Shown here: piece by piece, positions 38,501-44,285 of the stretch
Layout of the letters: the number at the start of each line of letters is the position of its first letter
How positions within the stretch are numbered: the first letter of the stretch is position 1
Source: an uncultured Gammaproteobacteria bacterium
GTDB lineage: Bacteria > Patescibacteriota > Microgenomatia > UBA8517
Assembly: GCA_964600575.1 (NCBI GenBank)
Contig: CAZRJH010000004.1
Location: 70,711 to 134,710, forward strand
DNA length: 64,000 bases
Direction: 5' to 3'
Program-made: the position numbers and the translations under genes
The notes under the pieces: model-generated
What the model was told of the DNA's origin: nothing
Database searches by the model: none
What the model saw: only the letters and a program-made list of their open reading frames with translations

Positions 38501-40564
38501 TGTGGAGAGGGTTAATCCTCCTGTTGCGATATCTGTATTTGCGTCGAGTGTCATATTGTCTTTGAACTGGGCAAAATCAAATGAGTCGTTGGCAACCGAA
38601 ACATTACCCGAGCTAACTGTAAAGAAGTTGGGATCAAAAGATGCTACACCGACAGTTGATGTGGTAGCATTTGCACCCGTTACTGTAAGAGTGCTGCCTG
38701 ATTGAGATGTTGTGATACCGTTTGAACCAACTATCGTTTGAGTTCCGCCGAGTGCAATTGCAGAGCTTCCCGAATCTCCTGCAAATGTGATCGAGTTATT
38801 TGCAAGTTCTGTGTTAGATACACAACCTGTACAAGTTATTTCGGAAGCAGTGATAGTTCCTGTTCCCGAGAAGGTAAGGGAAGAGCCTGTTCCTACAACC
38901 ATGGCAGCTGTAGTATTTGTTCCACTTGTTAAATCAGCAAAAGATCCGGAAAAAGAACTTGTCCCTGTTGCAACTAAAACCCAAGTTGTTCCGTCCCAGT
39001 AATAAATTTTATCGTCGGTTGAGTTGTAAACAATCGATCCTTCTCCTATGGCCGAAGGATTGCTTGTGAATCTTCCGATTTGTACTTGGCCGTTAAATAT
39101 GGCGTTACCCGTATTTACCTTAAGTGCGGCGGCATCGTTCCAGCCGTCGTATCTATTAAGTACCAAAGTAGAATAGCTGGAGTTTGCGGTTGTCGGTTTT
39201 CCTCGTTCATCCAAAGTTAAAGTGAGTAGATCGTTAAGTGCTCCTCCCGTTGCCGGCTTTTTGATTATAGAAGCGTAATCTCCGGCACCTTGGTTAATTG
39301 TAAAATTACCCGAGGTTTGTGAATAACCTGTGATGTTTTCTAGCGCACCTCCGGAAGTCAGTCTTTGTGTACCTCCTGTTGATATATCGTTTTTAACGAA
39401 TAAGTCGTCACCGATTGTTATGTCACCAGCGCTAAACGTGTTGCCTACAGCATCTATTGTGAATTTAGATGTCATTTTTGGTGCACCTGATTGCAAATTA
39501 ACTAAGTAATAACCAGTTGAGTTATTTGGCACCATTCCGTAGTAGAGTGATCCACTTGTAAGATTTGGTCCTTGAACGTTTAACAAATTACCCTTGTTAG
39601 CTTCAAACAAAAAATGAACATAACCTTTGCCGTCCGGGTTAACTTCTATTATGCCGTCGCTACCCTCGGCGGTTTTTAGTGTGAGTGCCTGGCCTTCCAT
39701 TAAGAAGTTACCGTTTTTGGCTTTTATAGCAGGGGATTGCCCGGCCAGCAATAAAGTTCCGTTCTCGTCTAATATGGGAACTGTTAAAGGCCCTGCACCT
39801 GTATAAGGATCTGCTGCAAGGTATCCGTTAAGATTCGTAGAAGTATTAGCTGTGTTAACAGGAATTCTCATTACTCCCGAGGCAGACCCGATAGAAGGCT
39901 CCAGGAATAGCTGATCGTTTTGGAAGAAGAGATCTGTTGGAACTTGGTCTAATGATATCAAAGCAGAACCATTTGCATCAGTTTTGACTTCTTTAGCGGG
40001 GGAAGAGTAGAGAACTTCGCCGCCTGCAGATTTGTTAAAGAGTTTAAAAGATAAAGTTTCGCTACCAACTCTAGGGCTCCCATTGCTGTCTGTTAATGTC
40101 AGCTTGGCAAAAAGATTCCAGTAAGAATTTACCGCAATCTGTGCGGGGATTGCACTTGGGCTAGCCGTCTTTGTGGGGGCTGCAGGATTGTCTGTTCTTG
40201 TTTGTAAATTGGCAACAGGAGAAGTCTCTGCTGCAGGTGTAATTGTGAACGGAATTGCAAATTGTAATTTCCAAGTTAGGAGGAATAAAACAACGATTAA
40301 GGCTCCCGTTAGAGTTAAGGTTAAAAATATTTTAGGGTTCTTTTTCTTGACCGGGGTAACAACTGTGTAGGGATTGGAATTTTCTACAACAGGCCTTGGT
40401 TGGCTTAAAGGATTTTTGTCCAAATGACCTTGTCCTTCGGCCCAGTCAAAAAATCTGTTCAATGAAATTTGTTTTCTTTTGAGAGTTGCAGGGGAGGATG
40501 TTGTAGCAATCTGTTCTTGGTATGCCTTAACTAATTCGGGTGATACGTTGGATAATTTTGCCAT
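23591..40564 (-). CDS. Giant (5657 aa) membrane-anchored fibre/adhesin-like protein with N-terminal half integrase core-binding domain, mosaic repeats and LamG-like domain
   Basis: N-terminal SPATLKRKQISLNRFFDWAEGQGHLDKNP; TM near residues 80-100; Gly/Ser/Thr/Asn-rich repeats; LamG-like FSVSTWFK...WHHLVAV...LYIDG...NGDLDD; C-terminal FNWWI. Confidence 0.9.
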   Translation of the reverse strand: MAKLSNVSPELVKAYQEQIATTSSPATLKRKQISLNRFFDWAEGQGHLDKNPLSQPRPVVENSNPYTVVTPVKKKNPKIFLTLTLTGALIVVLFLLTWKLQFAIPFTITPAAETSPVANLQTRTDNPAAPTKTASPSAIPAQIAVNSYWNLFAKLTLTDSNGSPRVGSETLSFKLFNKSAGGEVLYSSPAKEVKTDANGSALISLDQVPTDLFFQNDQLFLEPSIGSASGVMRIPVNTANTSTNLNGYLAADPYTGAGPLTVPILDENGTLLLAGQSPAIKAKNGNFLMEGQALTLKTAEGSDGIIEVNPDGKGYVHFLFEANKGNLLNVQGPNLTSGSLYYGMVPNNSTGYYLVNLQSGAPKMTSKFTIDAVGNTFSAGDITIGDDLFVKNDISTGGTQRLTSGGALENITGYSQTSGNFTINQGAGDYASIIKKPATGGALNDLLTLTLDERGKPTTANSSYSTLVLNRYDGWNDAAALKVNTGNAIFNGQVQIGRFTSNPSAIGEGSIVYNSTDDKIYYWDGTTWVLVATGTSSFSGSFADLTSGTNTTAAMVVGTGSSLTFSGTGTITASEITCTGCVSNTELANNSITFAGDSGSSAIALGGTQTIVGSNGITTSQSGSTLTVTGANATTSTVGVASFDPNFFTVSSGNVSVANDSFDFAQFKDNMTLDANTDIATGGLTLSTSGTGAVSLNSTGQVTIAGNVDATNGVDVTGANLTVGGANFSVNVANGNTTTAGDLAVNGGDITSTSGTFNLVNSGVTSLNVGGGATTISLGAGTGSTTVNNNLVVSGTTTFGGIPYTWPGSQSSGYILQTDGSGTLSWVDPSAAAAASIFWTQSNGALFPKNNSVDVLIGSNATDSAKFAFTGVNGGTPTASISGSVANVATYLTGNGNLTTTNAADLILGGSTAGNVAINSRGLAALTANGANLSTVGTLTFPNTNTVTGVSNFLRLSQGVSVGGSDTFNFSSSGDLNANIGTFNGDVAVNGGDLTTSASSATLFNTNATTINFAGAANTLNIGPNGAAGVVTLSGGSGDTGCTLDGSNGNFTCSGSIVSLATSGTQGWWQLQNKVLSPANTTYDLTIGGSATGSAFQVFGVEKATGDLAKITSSVITSGNVFEATASAITSGNLIKLGEGGNQNFTGNGIYADFDNTGGGSFTGNFVKFDNAGATQFSVDASGNVIAAGDVAVNGGDLTTTQTTANLFTNATTLGLGAGSGTTTVNNALAVNGASITTDETSFALLNATTTTLNFAGAATTINIGATSGTTTLNNSLLIKGDTTLGDATTDGVSFNGRVNTNVLPITNNNYDLGSASLQWANIYGTNLYQNGNAVCDITGTGCPASSSVNYWQLQNKVLSPANITHDLAVGGTATSSAKFQAFALETPSGSVASLTSSEITTGNVLSATASAITSGNLVKLGEGGNQNFTGNGIYADFDNTGGGSFTGNFVKFDNAGSTRFTVGSNGDVTTTGVINLPNSITLTGVANYLQSSAGYSVGGGTTYYFDGSGNINANAGTFAGDVAVNGADLTTTSTGTATLFNSNATTLNIGGAATTVSLGAATGTTTVANSLQVNADTTLGNAITDAITFTARVAQDSDLIPITTTGTNDLGSSSLPWDNVYANAFVQNGFNVCDSSGANCPVNATYWQLNNKIISPSISSYDLAIGGTATGSAFQVFGIENAGGDIAKLNSTVITTGNVFEATASAITSGNLVKLGTGGDNGNFTGNGIYMDFDNTGGSSFTGNFLRFDNATTTRFTVDASGNVVAAGDVAANSGNLTTTASTGNLFNSNATTLNVGGAATTISIGNASGTTTINNASTVVAGNLTVQGTTGITESGAGADLTFSGTGTHSISNSNSTSALTIDSGNSANLQLNNSSTGDVEIAGGSAATGCTIANATGNLTCAGDVAVNGGDLTTTQTTANLFTNATTLGLGAGSGTTTVNNSLSVNGGTLTTNQTTFNLVNSTATTINFASAATTLNVGPTGASGSVAISGGSGDTGCTLDGTTGNFTCSGNITSTATSGTQGWWQLANKILSPANSTYDLTVGGNATGSAFQVFGIENAGGDIAKLNSTVITTGNVFEATASAITSGNLVKLGTGGDGHAFSGNAIFADLDNTGGGNFTGNFLRFDNSGATLFTVNSTGDVVTAGDVAVNGGDLTTNQTTANVFLNATTLGLGAGSGTTTVNNALGVTGNTNLNGDSIFGNAITDNITFTGRVAQDSDLIPITTTGTNDLGSSSLPWDNVYANAFVQNGNAVCDASGANCPAGAGYWNQSLGALYPTNNSTDLLIGGNATASAKFAFTNVAAGIPTATIAGSVANVATYLTGNGNLATTNMADLTLGGATTGNVVINSRGSTALTANAANLTASGTLTLPNSNTLTGVSGYVQTSGGYSVGGGTTFHFDSSGNIVASDVAVNGGDITSTGALNITPGGALVVGATGQTSTLQGSTLSLTSNGGGNDITLTSADQIIFDAGTTIELQDNTNITGNLDVSGTLTSGGSNAFQIDSTGNISSTGTTGISLSGNDADFTFSGTSNHDITASSGTLRLGATTLIGAITGNNQNVTGIGDLSVDGNTTLNGDSTIGNAITDNITFTGRVAQDSDLLPITTTGTNDLGSGSLPWDNIYGVNLFQNGNAVCDASGNNCPAGAGYWAQALGALYNVNNTVDLLVGSNATTSAKFAFINVASGTPTASVSGSVANVATYLTGNGNLATTNMADLTLGGSSTGNVVINSRGSAALTANGANLTATGTFTLPNSNTLTGVSGYLQNSNGFSVGGGTTFHFDSSGNIVASDVAVNGGDITSTGALNITPTGALVAGVTTQPATLQGSTISITSNSAGNDISLTSADQIILDAGTTVEIVDNTNITGNLDVSGTLTSGGSNAFQVDSTGNISSTGTTGISLSGNDADFTFSGTSNHDITASSGTLRLGAFTLLGAVTGNGQNVTGIGDLSVNGNTTLGDAITDSITFTGRVAQDVDLLPITTTGTNDLGSASLPWDNVYANAFTQNGFGVCDSSGTNCPAGSLYWQLNNKIISPANSTYDLTIGGTATGSAFQVFGVETAGGDIAKLNSTVITTGNVFEATASAITSGNLVKLGTGGDNGNFTGNGIYMDFDNTGGSSFTGNFLRFDNAGATVLTVNSAGNIVTSGDLAVNGGDITSSGALNITPGGALTVGVTGQTITLQGSTASLTSNGAGNDITLTSADQVILNAGGTIELQDNTNVTGNLDVSGTLTGGTGDAFQIDANGNISTTGTTGVTLTGVDSDITFATGAGSHDITASAGTLRLGAFTLLGAVTGNGQNVTGIGDLSVNGNTALGDAITDNITFTARVAQDSDLIPIGTTGTNDLGSGSLPWDNIYADAFTQNGFAVCDSSGANCPAGASHWALLNQTLYPSNQTYDVVVGGNSTSSAKFLAFGIENTNGGVVKLNSNTITTGNVFEATASAITTGNLVKLGSGGDGHAFSGNAIFADLDNTGGGNFSGNFLRFDNAGATYYTVDSTGNISTAGTTGQTFSGNAAGISFTGTGVHSISNSQSGSILRLDSGNSSALQLNNISAGDVEIAGGSAATGCTIANATGNLTCAGDVAVNGGDLTTSQTTGNIFTNATTLGIGGATGTTTVNNSLAVNGASISTDETSFSLLNATATTINFGGAATTFNIGPTGSGTASILFEGGSGDTGCTMDGANGNLTCSGAITTTATTGTQGWWQLQNKILSPANSTYDLAIGGTATNSAFQVFGIENAIGDIAKINSTVITTGNLFEATASAITSGNIIKLGESGPQNFTGNGLFFDFDNTGGGSFTGNFIYATNSLATMFVVDASGNITANGDAAVNGSDITTTGSGPATIFNTNATTLSLGGAATTALNLGTGNSAYTAINLGTGNGGNALNIATGTGADTINIATGGTSADTVNVGNTAVATTVNVNSGATTQNIIDVSGTSLTSGNFLALASDANRTGFAWTNSDENIAGQKDEKAITTTAVNTYVYDTTKDTDGGIWTNDERAKTSSWYNETIDQAIGTACTLDSDDRCGKREFPQKAILTVSGSRLYIFDAKDNTMWMEFAKGSGATEQMIGPSTGSTGSSIFALNGKVYLGNNGGSGGLYVIDFKNDRAQRYNATDDYFGDKNIANRNSTVAWTTGPSSPISNGTVEDIHAITFNGKTFVAVANNTGVSVINETTNTVYSYSDVTSDVYQSTFFSTSGDLYALNGTSRQLERWNSVVTDSGSELNGTPDVAWDETGVKIAGAAAVAGPYLFSSAQIINVAPDALFVATGTSAVDGKSDTIYVASATNDTTGSLSVVNDKKGDESNGSAKYYTKDYIGDDMTGDVRAMWPFNGSGSIADNANATDISVKGNVLDADNANGTGFTYGSGVRGTGVTLDNTDDFFCSDANNDNTCDTDSDYDFGTGSFSVSTWFKHSVSAPPAAPNDDVIIDHTYNTTPAAVLGWKVWMNSTGTISFGIDDDATWTNADPTDDQATTTTTYLDNTWHHLVAVKNGTSSISLYIDGQLAASDVSLTATGTLTGTGVIMGVGADCSTGAACATGANFWNGDLDDMSITAEALSISQVKRMYQVGSRALLNHTASRIAGVTGVDNYQRLMGNASGGTTTSNKVTAVTLDNSNRAIYVGINDATTNTGGVTVIGVDSDSAIDLYDGTANTTKTTDTNTQYSSNDVSSISISGSACIAYNSGSDECGTKATLSITGENGSAVTQNWMETSNSSLYSTLATLTSPTAVKNAMTVNNVFQVYNTYNNTTNSTTGETIQTPAMSVDSNGNFTYNYFGPSTTANAMTYTDSANLTTGDFMNIVASNALTTGNVIDINSAIYTETTAATGSLVNLALSNTSSNTSGNSIVNGINITGTLNTTGATGTKEFNMFNVAAPTLTGCSGGTCQVSGFKVNPTSAGSGITEYGVNIANLSGAGAGTETAFIIGSGWDTDLQFVDTTPLVTIGDGGTLTLNDGTNTLAQLYDAGTAGVLGVTKNLLVGSVTGLTTRTFSRFATSDITSDHALASAGDVLINEDLEVDGILYLDGKNISNTNGTASILLCTGQSGAACATTSALENTLSAGSWIIDNQANVGEPALAVNNAKGGDLIVASASGVLKFRVANNGDVTLGDNSGTDLTVGGGTGKIDVGTVDPPYTINGKKYATYMGGLVGVKEEVTGSLATSEYIPGIGYRTSIDFNAQPEGSDLWLFGKTTNINENIDKLVALLTPNFPTKVWYQVDSENRRLNIYSALPAQISYRLTGPRFDAENWLNTRESEAVGFIINSADVVTNFAENLQVTALTDFVTEKVADGAQIATYVVKDASGQVVAGIEAVGNFVAANIKTGALQAQEIATDSLKATQIAAENALISMKLVAPDFKTKLISPLAEETDITIQLGSATESGELAITNIEGTEVASISSTGDATFSGELYARNIHSDNLDQIRDILTQVQADQVLLSESQSWNTQTATSSASFGQIAVSDLYVTNQAAVNSLSVTQTITIGNDLVIAASGIDTLSEPLKIQDLALAPVEIMGGLVNIDTNGNVSIAGNLDVAGTVSTSTLAIKDTTGNSVSTIDASGSATFNSVNVSQIIVAGAQDATSSAVVNGEISTNSTVGKGVLPGGTTDITIRNPKVNDYTFVYITPTSNTLNNVLYVKEKSNGYFKVGFTSPIQEDTNFNWWIVQTE
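30440..36720 (-). repeat. Six dispersed copies of a ~65-aa module (ITFTxRVAQDxDLxPIxTTGTNDLGSxSLPWDNxY...VCDxSGxNCP) within the giant gene
   Basis: Copies near 30440-30630, 31505-31700, 32630-32820, 33770-33960, 35640-35830 and a diverged copy at 36530-36720. Confidence 0.9.
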
Positions 40565-40570
40565 AGGTGA

Positions 40571-41098
40571 TTAGTGATTAATTTCGAAGTTTCCTTTGTT
40601 TTCATCGAGCCAGCTTAAAAACTGTCTTACATCTGAGACATAGTTTTTGAGAGTGCTTGAGCTTACCTTTTCAGCCTCCAAAAACACTTTAAAGTCGTCG
40701 ACTATATCAAAAGACATCTTTGGAGCTGGGCGGTTCTGTGCAATGTTTTCTATCCCGGTTGTGAAATCAGAATTTACGATTTGGGTTGCAACCATAAACC
40801 TGCTTAAGTGTCTAAGTGTCGAGAGTCTTCTATTCACCGACCCTATTGGCTGGCTGTTTTCGATCATGTAGTTTTTGTACTCCGTGGCAATGTTTTTGTT
40901 GAGAAAGGGAACTGCTTCTGTAAGTGTTTCGACATACGACCCGTAAGACCTAAGACGGAGGATTAACCAACCCAGAAAATGAGACAAATCGCTTCTGTAG
41001 TTTTTGTGCGATTTTGGAGTAACGCCCAAAGTATCAAGATATTTAGAAAACTCTTTGCGGATGATATCGTTATCGATTTTGGGCATTTTTGTAATCAA
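40571..41098 (-). CDS. Phage-integrase N-terminal SAM-like (core-binding) domain protein, no catalytic domain
   Basis: FSKYL...PKSHKNYRSDLSHFLGWL...SVNRRLSTLRHL, then a second half-domain FKVFLEAEKVSSSTLKNYVSDVRQFLSWL. Start TTG 41098 or ATG 41086. Confidence 0.85.
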   Translation of the reverse strand: MITKMPKIDNDIIRKEFSKYLDTLGVTPKSHKNYRSDLSHFLGWLILRLRSYGSYVETLTEAVPFLNKNIATEYKNYMIENSQPIGSVNRRLSTLRHLSRFMVATQIVNSDFTTGIENIAQNRPAPKMSFDIVDDFKVFLEAEKVSSSTLKNYVSDVRQFLSWLDENKGNFEINH

Positions 41099-41104
41099 AG
41101 CTAA

Positions 41105-41129
41105 ATTAGACGAATTAGACTGATTAGAC
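41105..41129. repeat. Three direct ATTAGAC repeats with 9-bp period
   Basis: ATTAGAC at 41105, 41114 and 41123. Confidence 0.9.
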
Positions 41130-41130
41130 T

Positions 41131-41159
41131 ATTATTAAAAAGCTGGAGGAGCCTGTCAA
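41131..41159 (-). promoter_or_regulatory. sigma70-type promoter for the SAM-domain/giant gene operon
   Basis: Minus strand TTGACA (41159-41154)-N17-AATAAT (41136-41131). Confidence 0.6.
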
Positions 41160-41482
41160 GAGGCTATTAGCAACATAAAATATTCATTACTTTACGATTA
41201 TTTTCACAGTGTATGTAGTATAATTACCGCATTCAATACACGCACAATTTTTGTTAAATGATATATTTAAGAATACCCGTATAACAGCAAAATATACCTA
41301 AAAAATGATACAAATCTAGGCACGAAGCTTGTTTTGCGGAAAACGGCGGTAATTATTTACTTTCAAAAATACTTGCGGAAATGGAACCTAAAAAGAGGAG
41401 TGTAACCGGTTTTTAACACACAATTCCTTAATAAATTACAGGATATACACTTAAGTTCAATTAATCTCAATAAAAGAGATAA

Positions 41483-41509
41483 TTAGCACTCGAGTTTTAT
41501 TTTTGCTAA
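41483..41509. promoter_or_regulatory. CIRCE-like inverted repeat
   Basis: TTAGCACTC-N9-TTTTGCTAA versus consensus TTAGCACTC-N9-GAGTGCTAA (left arm 9/9, right arm 6/9). Confidence 0.4.
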
Positions 41510-41599
41510 TAAAAAATAGTGTCGTTTCGTTCCAATCTTTTGGGAATTATTTTAAAAATGAAGCTATTTATATTTGAGCTTGAAATTTTTTATTAAAGG

Positions 41600-41627
41600 T
41601 TGCTTTTTTTGCGTGTAATATTACAAT
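41600..41627 (+). promoter_or_regulatory. Possible leaderless promoter of leuS
   Basis: TTGCTT-N16-TACAAT ending 7 nt before ATG 41635. Confidence 0.45.
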
Positions 41628-41634
41628 TTCAACT

Positions 41635-44229
41635 ATGGCAGATAAATATAAGCATACACCGGTAGAGAAAAAGTGGCAAGAAAGGTGGCAAGACGCAAAA
41701 TTATACGAGGCAAATATTAACGCAAAGGACGTTTTCTACAATTTATGGATGTTTCCTTATCCAAGTGCCGAAGGACTTCATGCAGGCCACGCATTTGCCT
41801 CTACAGGAAGCGACATATACGGAAGATTTATGAGAATGTCCGGGAGCAATGTCTTGCAGCCCATAGGTTATGATTCTTTTGGAATTCATTCGGAAAACTA
41901 CGCTATTAAGATAGGCGAAACCCCGCAGATAATGCTTGAAAGAACAACCAAGCATTACGAGGCACAACTTAAAAGCTTGGGACATGGTTACGACTGGACG
42001 CGTACGGTGACAACTTCTGATCCGGTTTATTATAAATGGACACAGTGGTTATTTGCTGAAATGTTTAAAGCCGGGCTTGCTTACAAAAAGAAGGCCTCGG
42101 TAAACTTTTGTCCTTCCTGTAAAACTGTACTGGCCGACGAACAGGTAATGAGCCCGAAAGAAGCAGGTAAAGATCCTAAAGACAAAGACGGCAATCCTGT
42201 AGAGGTTGGTCCGGATACAAAAGTCTGTGAGAGATGTGGCACGGTAGTAGACAAAAAAGAGTTGGATCAATGGTTCATGAGGATCACAGACTATGCAGAC
42301 AGGCTTTTAGAAGGACTTACAAAAATAGATTGGAGCGAGAGGGTTGTAATTGCACAGCGCGAATGGATCGGAAAAAAAGCAGGTGTAACAGTAAGACATA
42401 AAGTGAAAGATTCCGATATAGTTCTTGAAGCCTTTAGTGCATACCCTGCATGGCTTTATGCCGACACTTTCTTGGTTATAGCACCGACCCATCCAAAAGT
42501 GGTCGAACTAGTCAAAGGCACCGACAAAGAATCCGAAGTAATGGCTTTTGTAAAAGATTCGCAAATTCCATTATCCAACGAGGAAAAGGCAAAGAAAGAG
42601 AAGAACGGAATTTTTACAGGAAGGTATGCAGTTGATCCTTTGACCGGTAGAGTGTTTCCTATATGGCTGGCAAACTTTGCTTTGATGGACTTTGGTACAG
42701 GCATTATACGTTGTTCGTCCCACGACCCCCGTGACTACGAATTTGCTAAAAAATACGATATCCAAATAGAAGAAATAGTAGAAAGAATAGATTCCGATGT
42801 TCCCGTTAATGCCCACACCAATATAGGTAGGTTAAAAAATTCCGGGCCGTTTACGGGTCGCGATATCGATGAAAGTCTAATTAAAGATGTAACTAGCTTC
42901 ATAGTTCAAAAAAGATTTGGTGAAACTCGTACTACATACCATCTTCGTGATTGGCTGGTAAGCAGGCAAAGATATTGGGGTGCACCTATTCCTATGGTTT
43001 ATTGTGAAGACTGCAGACAAAAGGGCATAAGCTGGCTCACAGAGAACAAAGCGGCTCAGCATGCTGATCATTCGAACTGGGACCACTTTGGCTGGTGGGT
43101 AGAGGAAAGTTTACCTGTGGAGTTGCCGGAAATGAAAGATTATCAACCTGAAGGAACAGGACACGGGCCACTAAGTCATCACCCTGAATTTTATAAAGTT
43201 AAATGTCCGCACTGCGGAGGCGAAGCATTGCGCGAAACAGATGTAATGGACACATTCGTTGATTCTTCTTGGTATTTTCTTAGATATCCTTCGACTCGCT
43301 CCGCTCACTCAGGACAAGTCCCTTTTGACCCCGAAGTTACCATGAAGTGGCTGCCTGTTAACCTTTATTTTGGAGGGGCAGAACATTCCGTTCTCCATCT
43401 TATGTACGCACGTTTTGTAACTATGGTTATGCACGATAGGGGTTATATTAGTTTTGACGAGCCTTTTCCAAAATTCTTTGCACACGGGTTAATGATTAAA
43501 GATGGGGCTAAGATGAGTAAGAGTAGGGGCAATGTAGTTAACCCGGACGAATATGTAACCAAGTTTGGAGCGGACACTCTAAGACTTTATGTAATGTTTA
43601 TGGGCCCCATGGACGGTTACCCTGACTTTAGGGATACAGGAATAGAAGGCATGGCCCGTTTTGTGGGTAGAGTCTGGAAACTCTTTGCACAACATAAAGA
43701 TTTTGCCGTTTCGGCATCTGACGGCAGGGAAATAACCAGTAATTTGCATAAGACCATTGCCGACGTAACAGAAGATTTGTCTAATTTTAAATATAATACA
43801 GCCATAGCTAGCCTCATGGAGTTTGTTAATCTGCTGTATTCCAAGATACCCGAGGGGGCAGAAAAAACATCTGAAGCTACTTTTGAACCATGGGATAATG
43901 CTCTAACAAACTTATGCCTAATGTTTGCCCCGTTTGCACCGCATTTGGCAGAAGAAGTTTGGGTTGAGATATTGGGTAGGGAGTTTAGTGTTCATACCTC
44001 GTCTTGGCCAACTTTTGATTCAAGCTTAGTCAAGACTGATGTTGTAACCTTTGTTATCCAAGTTAACGGTAAACTGCGTGCTTCACTAAAAGTAACACCC
44101 GACCATGCGATGGACGAGTTAAAAATGAAAGAAATAGCAGAAACTGATACTAATGTATCAAAATGGATTGGAGAAGGTGTTAAAAAGGCTATATTTATTC
44201 CGGGAAAGCTTTTGAATCTTGTTGTTTAA
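41635..44229 (+). CDS. leuS: Leucine--tRNA ligase
   Basis: MFPYPSAEGLHAGH, YKWTQW, LRDWLVSRQRYWGAPIP, GGAEH, KMSKS, QVNGKLR. Confidence 0.97.
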   Translation: MADKYKHTPVEKKWQERWQDAKLYEANINAKDVFYNLWMFPYPSAEGLHAGHAFASTGSDIYGRFMRMSGSNVLQPIGYDSFGIHSENYAIKIGETPQIMLERTTKHYEAQLKSLGHGYDWTRTVTTSDPVYYKWTQWLFAEMFKAGLAYKKKASVNFCPSCKTVLADEQVMSPKEAGKDPKDKDGNPVEVGPDTKVCERCGTVVDKKELDQWFMRITDYADRLLEGLTKIDWSERVVIAQREWIGKKAGVTVRHKVKDSDIVLEAFSAYPAWLYADTFLVIAPTHPKVVELVKGTDKESEVMAFVKDSQIPLSNEEKAKKEKNGIFTGRYAVDPLTGRVFPIWLANFALMDFGTGIIRCSSHDPRDYEFAKKYDIQIEEIVERIDSDVPVNAHTNIGRLKNSGPFTGRDIDESLIKDVTSFIVQKRFGETRTTYHLRDWLVSRQRYWGAPIPMVYCEDCRQKGISWLTENKAAQHADHSNWDHFGWWVEESLPVELPEMKDYQPEGTGHGPLSHHPEFYKVKCPHCGGEALRETDVMDTFVDSSWYFLRYPSTRSAHSGQVPFDPEVTMKWLPVNLYFGGAEHSVLHLMYARFVTMVMHDRGYISFDEPFPKFFAHGLMIKDGAKMSKSRGNVVNPDEYVTKFGADTLRLYVMFMGPMDGYPDFRDTGIEGMARFVGRVWKLFAQHKDFAVSASDGREITSNLHKTIADVTEDLSNFKYNTAIASLMEFVNLLYSKIPEGAEKTSEATFEPWDNALTNLCLMFAPFAPHLAEEVWVEILGREFSVHTSSWPTFDSSLVKTDVVTFVIQVNGKLRASLKVTPDHAMDELKMKEIAETDTNVSKWIGEGVKKAIFIPGKLLNLVV

Positions 44230-44250
44230 GGCTAAACGCCGATAGTTTTA

Positions 44251-44280
44251 TTGACAGGAGTCCTATAACAATACTAGAAT
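44251..44280 (+). promoter_or_regulatory. sigma70 promoter, leaderless
   Basis: TTGACA-N18-TAGAAT ending 5 nt before ATG 44286. Confidence 0.65.
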
Positions 44281-44285
44281 AAACA

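Noticed and set aside
40565-40573. Stop-codon reassignment (code 25) explaining the split gene
   Set aside because: The interrupting codon is TAA, and TGA, TAA and TAG all terminate genes normally in this window.
40571-41098. Prophage/ICE integrase marking a mobile element
   Set aside because: Only core-binding-like helices are present, with no catalytic R-H-R-Y domain, att-like repeats, tRNA, or capsid/terminase genes in the window.
41160-41634. T-box leader or ncRNA upstream of leuS
   Set aside because: No recognisable T-box motif or terminator/antiterminator, and a -10 box sits directly before the ATG.
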